DNA of 64,000 nucleotides from Mytilus californianus (Eukaryota), in contig NW_026262701.1 of NCBI RefSeq assembly GCF_021869535.1, forward strand, positions 70,184,001 to 70,248,000, given 5' to 3'. The notes beneath the pieces were generated by a model. The model worked only from the letters and a program-made list of their open reading frames with translations, did no database searches and was not told the origin of the DNA. Positions within the stretch are counted from its first letter, which is position 1, and each line of letters begins with the position of its first letter. Shown here in pieces: positions 1 to 11,300 of the stretch. Made by a program: the position numbers and the translations under genes.

Positions 1-275
1 GACATGATTTATAACAAACCTTTCTAAAATTGTCCGTTTTATAAATTTTGAAATTATAAAGAAACTAAGGTTTCAACTCCCTCAGGAAAAGTTGACCATA
101 TATGGATTTGGCTATTTTTATGTATTTGCTTTGTCTTATAGCTCTTCAACTGTTTCGGTTCTTTTACATCCTCGGCTTTCAAATATTCGGCTTTAAGCGT
201 TCCTTGTGAAGGTAAATCCAGAAAAGAGCTTCGGACGCATGGAATTATTTTACGTGTTGTTTTAATTTTTTTCAT
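1..275 (+). mobile_element. Hammerhead-bearing interspersed repeat (retrozyme/PLE-associated, family HHR-2), degenerate
   Basis: 1-245 is the reverse complement of ~45090-45305. It contains GCGTTC-CTTGTGA-AGGTAAATCCA-GAAA-AGAGCT-TC-GGACGC (197-238), a type I hammerhead layout with a mutated CUGAUGA box. Confidence 0.65.
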
Positions 276-799
276 AAGGGAATTTCTATTAAGTCACATA
301 TTTAAAACAGAGGGCATCTGAAAATTGTGGAAAGAAACCCACAAAAAATCACTGTTTTTCATTTAGCATTATTTTTACGTGCAATAAATGCGTATTTCAA
401 ATGAACAACCGTAAATCCGTAGTATAATTTTTCAATCGACCCAATTTACTTTTTGAAGAAATTAGTAATAAGCAATATGATTGGTTAAACATCTGCACTT
501 TATCAGAATTTCAATTCCGGATATTTGTCACACGTGGACCGACACTGTACTGGTTTCTAGTTATAAGCCCACATTAGGCAATTTTGCTATGTTCATTTGT
601 ATTTATTATCACGCGTATATCTTGTTTAAACTAGAATTTCTGAAGCTTTGCGATTTATTTTTGTTGTTTAGTCGTGTTTGTTGAATTTAACCGTGAAAGT
701 GACAATCATTGTAGGGTGCGTTTGGTTTTCATGTGTGTTCAATCTGTTGGATATTCAGGTGAAAAGACATTAACACTAATTCGTTAAAAACTGGCTCCG

Positions 800-3452
800 T
801 CCGATGCCAAGAAAAGGTGCTCTGAAGTTGGAGTTGACAAATACATTATCTGCAATATTGATTTTGCTGAAATTTAAAAAAAAAGCAAGATTTGTCCAAT
901 TCCTTGTTAGTTGTAATATTGACCTTCTCGATATATCAAAGTGTATGATTTGCAAATGTCTCATAGAAAGTGAAAACATTACATACCATGCTGAAAGATT
1001 AGCAAATCTAAATGATGGTGCTGTTAGAGCTATCGACGCATATATGATATACCGAATAAAGTTTGAGAATTTTATCAATAATGCTGTTTATCATGCAGCA
1101 TGTTTTACCACATGCTTGGCATAAAGGCCAAAATACGTAGATAAATCTACGTTGGATTTAGCGTTAAAAAGGGTAGATGAAATTATAGACAAAGCCCTTA
1201 TTTATGACAAAAAAGACTCTTGTTATTTTATCAATGTTGATAATGTACCAGTCTTTCTTACCAAATAACATTAGTTAGACCTACTGCAATTACTCTAAAC
1301 TCAAGGCAGGTCTTAAGAAGCACTACGTGGATGCCACAGTGTTCTTTTCTCATCAAGAACAAGGTAAATCGAGCATTTTATTTGCAGGCGACATTTTTAT
1401 TGGCGACGCCTTAAAAGCCGCGAATAACACCAAAGCAAGATCGGAAATTGCTCAAAAGCTGCCTATGAGCTGTTCGACTTTACGTTGTAACCATGAAGAG
1501 GCAGAAACCACAATGATTTTCCATGCTTTCACGCTGATGCCATGTTTGGTGGAAAAGATGATAAGGATAGAATTGTTAAAAATCAGATGAAACTGATGTT
1601 CTTGTTTTGGCTAATGCTTAAAATTACAAAAGAAGTATAGGTTCAGACTAGTTTAATTGACAGCTTGAAGGATAACAGACGATTTATCCCAGTTCACGCC
1701 ACTGCTTCGTCTTTTGACCCAGTTGTTACCGAAATTATGCCGATCATTCATGCCTTGAGTGGATATGATTCCATGTCAAGCTTTTGTGGAATCGGTAAAA
1801 AGTCGGTATGCAACCTCCTTAGGACAAAAACAATTCACTTCAGCTATCTTGTAGAACTAGCACACGGTGATGTTTATTGTGCTATGGATGATGCTAGGGT
1901 GTTTGTTACTGCGTTGTACGACTTCAATAAATACAAGTTCAATAAATCACACAACAATTTAAGTTTGCTTATACAACAGTAGGCTTTATATAAAGATAAA
2001 AGTATAATAAAGCTTCCGCTTTGTGAGTTAATGTTTTAGCAATACGTATTACATTTGTACGTGCAAATGGCAAAGCAAAGTTTTGGTGTAACGTTGCCAA
2101 CCCAAATAATGGCAGGCCATGTGAGTTTGGTTGGAAAATTTAGCAAAATGACAAGTAAGAGCCAGTTTTCTTTGAAGGACAAATGGTATCAGACTGTCTA
2201 CTAGACCTTGTTTGTTCGTGTAAGGTGGAAAGCATGTGCAGGCAGCATGCGTTTGCAAGGAGCAGCGACTCATTTCTAAAACAATATTACGAGAACAAAT
2301 ACTCGTGAACATTTCAGTATAACTTACGATCAATTTTAGTTGCTTGGTTGTTTTAAAAGAGCCGTATGTGGCCTGTTGCAAGGGAAATGTTTTGTCTCTA
2401 TCCAATATACCTTCATATTCCAGTGGCAGTCCAAACTATCCCGACCTCCATCCCAGACGGCCTCTTTAACAGGACCTACCTATTGTATTTATTTTTATTG
2501 TGTTCCCGTCCTGAACATGTTAGGCAACCAACAATCAATCAACCAATCAATCAATCTTTCTTGCACGGATTTGTGTTTTGTCAAAATGTAGGTAGTTGTA
2601 ACAATGTGCAGGCCGTATCAGTCGACATAGCTGATGACACAGATGAAATATCATGAACATTATTCATTGAAAACGATCATGTCTTACTTTTTGAATTTGT
2701 CATAAAACCCACTTGCATTCATTACAGTACCGTCGACTGAAAGTTAATCGTAGTTGTCACTTCAATAACTCATGCTTCTTGTATGGAGACCAACAGTTGG
2801 AATTTATTTCAAGAAAACTCAGTGACATGTCGAGTCCTGCAAAACTGAGACGAAATTTTGTTGGATTTTATCAACAATGTATTTCGGATACTCTATCAAT
2901 ACCTAAAATTCTCAAATGTATGTATATCTTGTCCAGAAATACTATTTATCAAGGTCGAAGATCAATGTCATTCTGTTGCAGTTATTTATTAGGCTTTGCA
3001 ATTTCCATCAAACGTGTTACCTTCGAAAAAGTTGAATAATACGTAATTCTGACATCATGTGCAAATATGAAACACATCAAAGTCGGAACTTAAGCATTTG
3101 CAAGTAAAAGAGAGGCTAAAGATACCAGAGGGACATATAGGGATACATTCAAACTCGTAAGCCGAAAATAAACTGACAACTCCATGGCTAAAAAAGAAAC
3201 ACTACTTGTATAATTTATTGAATGGATTATTGATGTAAAAAAAAATCTGCGGTGTGTTTCTCTAGATGAAAATAGGAATTTTTTTAGTGATGACCTTTGA
3301 CCTTGATTTAAGGAATGATGGCACCAGCTTTCATATTTACGACACTTATTTTCGAGAAGTTCACGATTTAAGCTTTCCAATTAGCTATTACAATGCCAAA
3401 ATGTATGGAGGTAATTTAAATTTCTAAAATTGTCCTCTCCGCCGCTCCACTA
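800..3452 (+). mobile_element. Academ (AcademX)-like DNA transposon, internally deleted and frameshifted
   Basis: Collinear remnants: YHAAC (804-1124); NHEEAET..FHA and SDETDVLVL (~1490-1610); RFIPVH..IHALSGYDSMSSFCGIGKK (1665-1982, FEN1/XPG-type nuclease with H3TH motif); LPLCE; GW..EPVFF..DLVCSCK (~2120-2220); SCTDLCF..SCNN plus acidic tail (~2560-2656). Candidate terminus ...GCCGCTCCACTA at 3452. The left end was not found. Confidence 0.65.
2290..2560 (+). mobile_element. SINE-like insertion with (CAAT)n tail splitting the Academ Cys-rich domain
   Basis: Non-coding segment ending aaccaacaatcaatcaaccaatcaatcaatc. It lies between the DLVCSCK and SCTDLC halves of the transposon Cys cluster. 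The left boundary is approximate. Confidence 0.45.
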
Positions 3453-5333
3453 TAGGGGAGATACCTAGTATCGTTAAAATAGATATTGCATGATTATTTG
3501 AGGACCATCAATTTGATAATTTATTTTCAATTGGTTAACAATTCAAATGGAGCTATTCTGAACACAGACAAAAGATGATTACGCAAGTTGATACGATATG
3601 GTGTGTAATCATGTTCAAAAGTATTTTGATAATGCAAAGCATAATTGAGCACTTACTTTTACATTCTTGTAAATGATACATTTGTCCAAATTCTGCCTTT
3701 CTATTGGTTTTGGTCTTTATGAAACGTCTTCTTATATTTAATAAGTGTGAAAATTGATAAATATAACAAATATTATTACAAAATTTGCACTATTAAATGT
3801 TACAATTGCAAAATATTTGAGCAATGCTGTATCCCGCAGGACTTAAATACTATGTGCCCACTTAATACCGTTAACGGTGGCGTGTACTACCATATCAGAC
3901 TAGCCTTTGGTCATTTTCGCATTGAGCTAAGCTCTGGTGTAAGAGTACTCAGCACTTAAACTAAACTCTGCTACTTTTTATTTGATAAGATCAATGTTTA
4001 TATGAAGTTTAAATCAGACTACATGCAGTCGATAGTCAATGTAGGTCTTAAGTTGATTAAGTGTACATAAAACAAGATATTAAGAACGTGAATTTTATAA
4101 TGAATATTTAAGGAAGAAATATATTTTGATTACAATAATATTATGAATTAAGTTATTTACCTATCTATATGAAAAAAAAACCACAAAAATTGCCAAGTTA
4201 CAACATGTTTAAATTTAAAGCGCCTTAAGGTAAGTGATGACTATTTGATTTTCATTTGGGACGGGTTTTTTTTACAGATGGAATATTCATTTTACACCTG
4301 TTGAAAGTACTGCTTATTTATTTCGCGAGATAATTATTTTTAATTTATCTGCACAACTGTTTCTTGCAAAGTCCTGCATTTTGTGGGACAAAATATTCAT
4401 TTTCATCCTGTCTTGGGCAAGGTTGTTTTGTTTAGTTAGTAACAGTCCAGAATATTCATTTCCAAAATTCTTTTCTTCGGCTATTATTACGTTGCTTTAG
4501 ATTGCGTAATCGTGACATCTTTCGAACTCTAAAAGCACTCCAAATCAGTAGATCGATTTTCTTAATGCACTGACCATTCATCTTCGTTGGACAAGCCATT
4601 TTTTTTACTTTAATAAGAAAAAAAAAATCAATTACATATAGGAACATTGTTGACCCTCCCTCTATTTTGTTCCTCCCTTAATTTTCAATGAATTCAAACT
4701 ATTTTTCTCACTTTCCTCTTGAGATAATTTTTTGTCTTCTTCATAAAATTAGAAAATTAAACAATTTATTTACCCCTATCCCCCAAAACCAAAATATTTG
4801 AAAAAAAAATTTGAATTTGTCTGTGCCTGACTGATACAAAACTTTACAGAGAAATTTTCAATTTAAATCTATATAATGAACAGTTAAGGTCAAGGAACAA
4901 TAACTGGGCTATGTCACAGATTTTGGTAAACGTTTGCATACAACTTTGGCCCGTTGGACTGTAACTGAAAATCGAAAAAAATATTGCATTTATTTCTTTT
5001 ATTTTCTGAAATATTAATGATTGAATTCTTTCACAAAATAGGTGAACATTTGTATAGAAAAATCGTTTTGTAATTATCTAGTTTGTTTCGATATATTAAA
5101 GAAAACTCTTTCACTATAAGGAGAATGGCAAAGTAAATATGAAAGGAAATGAAAGAATAGCTTATGCGGGTAGTTTTTATTATTATGTTCTCTGTAATAT
5201 GACCGTAACATGTTTTTGTCAAGACTGGCACAGAGAGGATTGACGTGTGAATAATAACCAATATATCATTATTTTTTTCTCCTGACCATGTTATAACAGA
5301 CAAAAGGAAAGTTGGCATCGAATTTATAACATA

Positions 5334-8300
5334 ATGTCAGCGGATGAACACCTTGGGGACATCCCTGGATTAACGCTTTCCTTATCATTGATGTGTATTT
5401 TTGCTGTATGTTTAAACATTTTATTAGTCACAGGCATACTGTTTACCAAGAAACAACAATATTCTTCAGTAGAACTTTTCATCGTAAACTTGTGTATAAG
5501 TGATATTCTTCTTGCTGGAGTTGCGGTTCCAGTAAGGATAAACAACGCCTCTCATAAAGGGGAAAGTTTTATTGGAGGTAAAGACATTTATTTTACTATT
5601 TCCCACTAAATCATAACTTAAATGATACATGTGTCCTGCTATCATGTTACTTTCTGTCAAAAAACAAGTAAAACATTAATCTTATGAATAAAAAGAAATG
5701 GTGATCAGTCTAAACTTACTTCAAACATTTAAAAGCTAGTAAAATTCCTATTCAAATTAAAGTTAAAAAGTAAAAAGATACCAAGGAGAAGTAAAAAACC
5801 ATAAGTCGACGAAAAAAATATACTAAAAAAAGGGTTCACAGAACTGAATACAGTACTTTTGAGCGACAGGAACAGAAACAAAAATTGAAATGGATCGCGA
5901 TTTAGGAGAAGTTAAAGATGCATGTTCCGTTAGTTTAAATTGGTAGATCGATGTTGTCTTATTGAAATCTTCAAAAGAAATTCAGGCCTTTAAAAAAATA
6001 GGAAGTGTCCGTCGCTATTGTATAGTAAAAACTGACTGGCAGACTTAGTATTATCTAAATACATAAAACTTAGTTCTATCAATGAGATAAAATAATCATA
6101 ATTAGTACAGACTACCAACTTCTGATATCTGATCATAGGACAAAAGATGAAAGCTGTAAAAAGAAATATAGTACAAATATAGCCTTCGATATAATTTGAT
6201 ATGATAAAGTGTATAATAAGGTTCAAATTGTTTTAATAATATGAAACATAATATAGCAAATGCTATGATCCTACATATATATGTATATAAATATATATCG
6301 CTGCTAATGTTATGTCGTTTCCGTTGCTTGAGACAGGTAAAAATACTTGAAATGGTGCAATCAGTGTTAAAAATCATATACAATAGTACACGAAAATATG
6401 TAAAAATAGGAAGATAATGGCAAGGCATATTGCATTAAGGATTTTTAAACGAAAGAACTGACAAACGGTTAGATGATGCATCCCTTTGGTTTTTCAATGC
6501 AACATATAGAAGTTTTTATAAAAATACACGGCTTTTTCGGACAGTAAAATTTGAAAATTCGGTAGTAGTCAATAGAGGGTTAACGAGCCATTGCTACAAA
6601 TGAAATCTCCAAAAACAAGTTAATTAATATTTATTATTTCATTAATGAAGCATTTGCAGTGAATACTTTCATGTACCTGTCAGTCTCGATTTCGATAATT
6701 TAACATTGGGTCTATGTAATAAAAGAATTAGAATAAATGCAACGGTAGTATACCGCTGTTCATAACAGTATAACAAAAACACAAAGTTATTGAAGGTTTA
6801 AGTCAGAACGCTGCATTATTTTGTTTTTTGCTGTAAAAATTGAAATATATAGCAAATTCTGTATATGTAACGTAGCATTTGCAATATTATATGCCGCGTT
6901 TGTAATTTTAAATATTACATTTGCACAAAATTAAGCATTGCTGTATTAAACACTGTTAAATAAAGGCAATAGCAGTTTACTGATGTTCAAATATCGTAAT
7001 ATTTTTAAGAGACAAACGAAGAAATAATCGTCCACCTTTTAAAATATACCGAAGTCATCAGCGACACCTTTGTCTCCTCATATTGGAAATCTTGGTTCAG
7101 ATAACAAAAAATGCTGAAATATTGTTAATAATTATATTGAACATTCACTTTAGGTATTTACTTTATACAAAATCATTCTACTACAACACTATCAAGATTT
7201 ATGATTAAATTAAATATTGTTGGAAAGGGTTTACTTTTCCAACTGGTGACAAAAACTGTTGTTGTGTTTATGTGAGTACTATACTGAAATATTCAAAACT
7301 GAAATTAAAAAAGGCAAATACATTTTTACCTACAACTTCTACCCAAAGAAACAAATCGGCGAGAAACATGCTCATACGGTTTGACTGAAATCTGTACAGT
7401 TTCCACAAAGGTGCACACTATGTACTTGGCTTCATGATTTATACAAGCAATCTTACAAAATCCCTTTAATTAGTGCACCAAGCACCAAATATATAAGTTT
7501 TAGTTCTTCAGATTTGTGCTCGTGTGAACGTTAAAAAAATCGTTTTAAATTATTGCGACAACGCACATGTTTATAGCGGTACTAACTGTTTATGGAGTGT
7601 GGAAAATCTTTCGATTTATTGTGTAAGCTCCGTTGCTTTTCAGATCAATTTATCTCTGTTGATAGTTATGATTTTTCTACTCAGTAAACTGAATAATCTC
7701 TTTCGATAATCTGGGTTTATCAATGCCTGTTGTAGTCGTTACGATTCCTTTTCAAGTAATAAATATTACCAAAATTAATCTAATTGAACATGCAAGTTTT
7801 TCCTGCGAAATATCAAGTTGGAAGTGAGAAATGCCAACCATGAATGGAGAAATATCAACTTTGAACTGAGAAATGTCAACTTGGAATGAAAAAATGTCAA
7901 CTTTGAAGTGAGAAACGTCAACTTGGAATTGAGAAAGGTGACGTTGAAAGTGAGAAATGTCAACTTGGAAGTAATAAATGTCAAAACGGAAATGTGAAAT
8001 TTTAAGAATAGAATGTCCCTAACATTATTTCGTAAGTTTTACGATTTTACTTAAGGCAGAGTAAGCATTTAGTCTTTTTTATTATTGGTTTAACAAATAA
8101 GAATCGTACCAACGCAAACATTTATTTCGAAATACTGTTAAATTATGGATTTATATTTATTTTCATTTTTTTAAGTTTTCTGTATTATTTTTTTAGTTTT
8201 CTGTGTTAAAAATTAACATAAACATGAAAACTAAAAAGATCTTAAAATGAATATTGAGATCTAAATAATAAAAGATATAAAAAAACACCTTTTACTGTGT

Positions 8301-11300
8301 GGTGATTTAACAAATGCCCGAGCATGACATTTTTGAATGATAAACAGAATTACATTGCATGTCGTCATTAAAACATTGTATACCGACATTACCTCGTTTA
8401 AAGTGTTGAACTGAAATAAGTGTCATCATGAAATTTAAGAATACAAAATAAGATAGCCGAGATGTACGAATAAATTGGGACCTATAACTAAAAGGATATC
8501 AACACCGTACGTAAGATGTAACCAAACATATGTTGTTGCGTTTAAAGCGCAATTCTGGATGAACCTCGATGTTTAATAATGAAAGTTAATTACCAAAGAC
8601 GAAATCGACTTATACATAGAATTATTATTTTCCGAACGCTAACGATGTTGTTATGTATATTAATGTTTTTCATCAATGTAACCTTATTCATTTGTTTCTT
8701 TTGTGTAACCTTCGCTAATTAATTCAAGGAAAATACACGTTATCTGTATTTAAGTGTGAAACGTGTTATTTGATAAAATACGTTTCTGTAACTATTGTGT
8801 GAAATATGATCTTGTCTAAATTAGCTCACATTATTTGTATACGTGCCAATAATAATGTTTATCGGCAATTTGTACATTTTCCCTTTGATCTTACTGTCTT
8901 AAATTTTTAAGATCATGGACAGGACTTGATACTCGAAAATATCAGGCAATGTCATCATATATCAGTGCAGCAACGTCGCGTGCTCAAGTCCATCCGCGTC
9001 AATTTATCAATGAAATGCACGCGACTTCATTCATACAACCGAACAACTATCCAAACGTTTTGTACGCGTAAAAGTAGTTTTACTAACTATTTCATTTTAC
9101 TTCATATTCCCAACAACAAAAAATTACAGTTATGACAAAATGCCGATAACAGAATAATAGCATTTTAGTTTTTGATACTGACTTCATCAGCTCGAATATC
9201 AGCTCGCCCTAGCGGGCTCGCTTGATATTCTTGCTGATAAAGTCAGTATCAAAAACAAAAATGCCATTATTCTATATGTATATGGACATTTTTCTATTCC
9301 CTCCCCCTCCCGATTTTTATACATATATCTGATCATGTTAGAGTACACCTGTTATGTGATATAGACATGTAAACATGGTTTTAATAACATAATGTCAGCT
9401 TTCTTTGACATTGATATATGTATTTGCAGTTTTTCTAAACATTTTATTAGTCACTGGCACATAAGCAACCAAAAACATCAATATTGTTCAGTGGAAATTT
9501 TATCGCTGACATGTGTGTTAGTGATATCCTTCTTAATGGCGTTGCGGTTCGAGTCAGGATAAACAACACCTCTTATATCATAAAAAGGGAGAACTTTGTT
9601 GGAATTGAATATAGAAATTAGAAGATATGGTATATAAGACAACTCTCCACCAGAGACCAAACAATTAAAACGAGAAAACGAACGGCTGATTTATGTACAA
9701 AACAATGAACGAAAAACAAGTATGATAAACAGCAACAAACGACAACCAATTTAATTTGAATTAAAGGCGCCTGACTTTGGACAGGCACGTTCAGAACCAT
9801 TTTCAACTTATTTGCATTAAATAAAAATTAATTTAAACGATATGTTGGTAATTATATCTGCTACAATTGGTATAAAAACCTAAAAAGACAAACAGCAGTG
9901 CACAAAACACCACATAGAAAACTAAAGCGTGAGCAGCGGGAACCCAAACCAAACATGAGATCGATCTTTAATTTGAAGGAGTACAAAATGCTTGACCATT
10001 TTTATGAAAAAAGCAAATTCATGATTTGCTAAAAACAACAAAAAAGTCACAAAGTAAAGAAGATGGTGAATAAAATTGTGCAGTGAAGATTCTGCGAATG
10101 TTTAAAACAGAAATTAATTCACGGGTTTAGGAGGTATAACGGCTGGAGTATGTCTGTCCCCTTATGTATGGATGTAATATAAATATATAAGGTCCAAGTA
10201 TTTGATAATATTAAAAAAAATAGTACAGTAATAACTACAAACTAAGGTAATTTCGGAACATTACAGAACATAATAAAATTATACAAGCTGTAAAAAGACG
10301 ATAAGGTAGAAACACATGTCATCCAAATTGATATCCTTCATTATGAGGTTAAAATATATATAAAGATGAAAAAAAACATGATGTTTCAAAAGCTTGTCTA
10401 GATTTCTAATGAAAATGCTGCATATGATACGGCAAATACATTTAAGTTATATCATTTGATGATAATGTAATACTTTATATCATTTGAAATTACTCTATAC
10501 ACAGACAGATCCAAAACAAACAAATGTAATGCTATTACATATTTCTTCTAATAGAATCGATATTTAAGGAATCTTCTGCACGAGTCCACATATTTTGCCA
10601 CACTTGAATTATTGACGTCTTACAACAATCACTTTTACATTGTGAGACAGACATTTTCTTTTGTGACATCAAAATTTTAAGGGAGCGTCTTTTGTGTCCA
10701 ATTATGGCGGAGAAATAGCAACAAGGTGTATGCTATATCGTATCCTTTGTTCAATGTATTTGGTATTTACTCGAAATGACGTACAGAAAGTGTAAATATA
10801 TAAATACAGCATAAGCAACAGTAAATAGAAAGTGTGCAACAAAAAGATGTATACTGGAATTGCAAATAAGCTCTCGTTTATTCATAACCGAATGGATTTA
10901 GTGTTCAATTAATATTCCTCATACAAGAAAAGCATTAATTAAGCTCCTAAATGAATCAGATGCAGATAATGTTTAAATGTACCTTTCGGTCTCGGTATCA
11001 GTTTTAACTATGTCTTATAAAAGCCAAATAAGGTAGTCAAATCAGTACCTCGAGATCCAATGTTGTAAGTTATTTAAATCATTCCATTTGCTTAATTCTC
11101 CTGTGAGATGCCTATAAAATAAAGTCACGTGATACATTCAAAATAATGTCACCTGATACGACTTTTTCATACTCCAATTGGAACAACCACTATCCCGAAA
11201 CTCTCGTATTGAAACAAAATTATTGAAAATCAAACGTTGATGTTTTGAAATTTGTGTAGTGTCTTTAAGTGAACTTTTTGGAATTTTCGGTTTTAATGCT

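Noticed and set aside
21-3435. 15-bp match tttctaaaattgtcc at 21-35 and 3421-3435 as Academ TIRs
   Set aside because: Same orientation rather than inverted, and the first copy belongs to the HHR-2 repeat.
7775-7984. 69-aa ORF with repeated KLTFL
   Set aside because: A translation of the 21-bp minisatellite, with no splice or homology support.
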